A stretch of DNA of 18,496 nucleotides from Rhodothermales bacterium (GTDB lineage Bacteria > Bacteroidota > Rhodothermia > Rhodothermales > VXPQ01), in the NCBI GenBank assembly GCA_040904565.1, contig JBBDTI010000059.1, forward strand, positions 1 through 18,496, written 5' to 3'. Below the pieces are notes generated by a model. It saw only the letters and a list, made by a program, of their open reading frames with translations. It searched no databases and was not told the origin of the DNA. How positions within the stretch are numbered: the stretch's first letter is position 1; the number at the start of each line of letters is the position of its first letter. Below are positions 17,359 to 18,496 of the stretch, piece by piece. The position numbers were made by a program, and so were the translations under genes.

Positions 17359-17388
17359 AAGGTAGCGACTTTCCTCCTTCCGTATCAA
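17359..17388 (-). promoter_or_regulatory. Putative sigma70-type promoter for the SEC-C gene
   Basis: Minus strand reads TTGATA (17388-17383), 18 nt, then TACCTT (17364-17359). Confidence 0.4.
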
Positions 17389-17492
17389 ATCGGAACGGCC
17401 CTCACCGCGACCATTGGAGAATGATGCGGCGGATGCCGAGATTGTTCGGGCGCCCGCCTTCCCTCTTTCGTTAGCATTGCCTGCAAGGAATC

Positions 17493-18496
17493 ATGCATCG
17501 AATCTCACGATCCTTTCGCCCTTTTCGGCCTTTTCGCCGGCGCCCGTTGCTTTCATTTTCCAAGGGCATCGTCGCGCTCTTCCTCGTCTTGTTTATGACG
17601 GGTTGCGCCTCGGACGGCGGCGAGCCTTCGCTCGACGGCATTCGGCCGTCCGCCGAAAACCCGTACTACTGGCACTACGGCGGAGAGACCGTCCTGCTGC
17701 TCGGCGGGAGCTGGCAGGACAATCTCTTCAACCATCCGACGCGTCTGGAGGAGCATCTGGACCTGCTCACGTCCAGCGGCGGCAACTACGTCCGCAACGT
17801 CATGAGTCACCGAAACGAGGGCAACGTATTCGCCTACGAACGCGGCGAAGACGGTCTCTTCGACCTCGACCGGTTCAACGACGAATACTGGGACCGCTTC
17901 GAACGCTTCCTGGAGATGGCCTACGAGCGGGACGTCATCGTACAGATCGAAATCTGGGCGACGTGGGACCTCTACGAGGACCATCAGTCCCTCGGCGGCT
18001 GGTCGCATCATCCATACAATCCCTCGAACACGTCCACCTACACGCCAGAGACCTCGGGCCTGCCCACGGCCGTCGACTATGCTCCTCAGGGGGAGCCGAC
18101 CGATCATCCGTTTTTCCGGTCCGTGCCGGAGCTCGACGACAATGAGCTGCTGCTAGAGTACCAGCGCGCGTTCGTGGACAGGCTGCTATCCTATTCGCTC
18201 GCCTATCCGAACGTGCTCTACTGCATGAACAACGAGACGGGCGAGCGGGTCGAGTGGGGCGACTACTGGGCGCGGCTCGTACACGGGAGGGCGGCGGAAG
18301 CGGGCGTCACCGCCTACGTAACCGACATGCGCCGCAACGAGGACGTCCGCAGCGAGGACCACGCGCACGTCTACGACCGTCCCGATCTTTACAACTATCT
18401 GGACATTTCCCAGAACAATGCCTGGGAAGGTCTCGGGCAGAATCACTACGACCGCATTCTGTACGTTCGAGAACGAACGGCCGGCCACGTACGTCC
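17493..18496 (+). CDS. Lipoprotein, putative clan GH-A-like (beta/alpha)8 glycoside hydrolase; truncated at the right edge
   Basis: Absent from the ORF track. Hand translation from ATG 17493 (AAGGA upstream): MHRISRSFRPFRPFRRRPLLSFSKGIVALFLVLFMTG-C...ENPYYWHYGGETVLLLG...GGNYVRN...FDLDRFNDEYWDRFERFLEMAYERDVIVQIEIW...YPNVLYCMNNE. Open to the window end, with a lipobox and an NE acid/base-like motif. Confidence 0.78.
   Translation, partial: MHRISRSFRPFRPFRRRPLLSFSKGIVALFLVLFMTGCASDGGEPSLDGIRPSAENPYYWHYGGETVLLLGGSWQDNLFNHPTRLEEHLDLLTSSGGNYVRNVMSHRNEGNVFAYERGEDGLFDLDRFNDEYWDRFERFLEMAYERDVIVQIEIWATWDLYEDHQSLGGWSHHPYNPSNTSTYTPETSGLPTAVDYAPQGEPTDHPFFRSVPELDDNELLLEYQRAFVDRLLSYSLAYPNVLYCMNNETGERVEWGDYWARLVHGRAAEAGVTAYVTDMRRNEDVRSEDHAHVYDRPDLYNYLDISQNNAWEGLGQNHYDRILYVRERTAGHVR

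Overview
GC-rich bacterial chromosomal window with 18 supportable CDSs, two of them cut by the window edges. I see no rRNA, tRNA, CRISPR array or mobile element. The tube protein and SDR look Bacteroidota-like, but the DNA is high-GC with sigma70-type promoters, so a Rhodothermota-like host is a tentative guess. Left to right: (1) a minus-strand run of a Tat-signal UxuA-family dehydratase, a PQQ-type sugar dehydrogenase/PKD/cytochrome c/CBM fusion, an LLM monooxygenase and a group II PLP decarboxylase; (2) an SRPBCC protein and an NADPH-dependent FMN reductase; (3) a GntR(HutC/UTRA) gene divergent from an MFS-SIS-ROK sugar operon, with a 31-bp palindromic operator and overlapping promoters; (4) a secreted beta-rich protein, an SDR, a membrane metallophosphoesterase and a His-rich secreted TPR-like protein behind a highly structured leader; (5) a SEC-C/TM/HGHxH miniprotein, then an intact but orphan contractile-injection-system tail-tube gene coupled to an unknown gene; (6) a truncated GH-A-like lipoprotein. 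The strongest leads are the stand-alone tube plus partner module, the apparently exported UxuA plus dehydrogenase pair, and the structured RNA at 14173-14322. All family calls come from motif recognition by eye, not from database searches.
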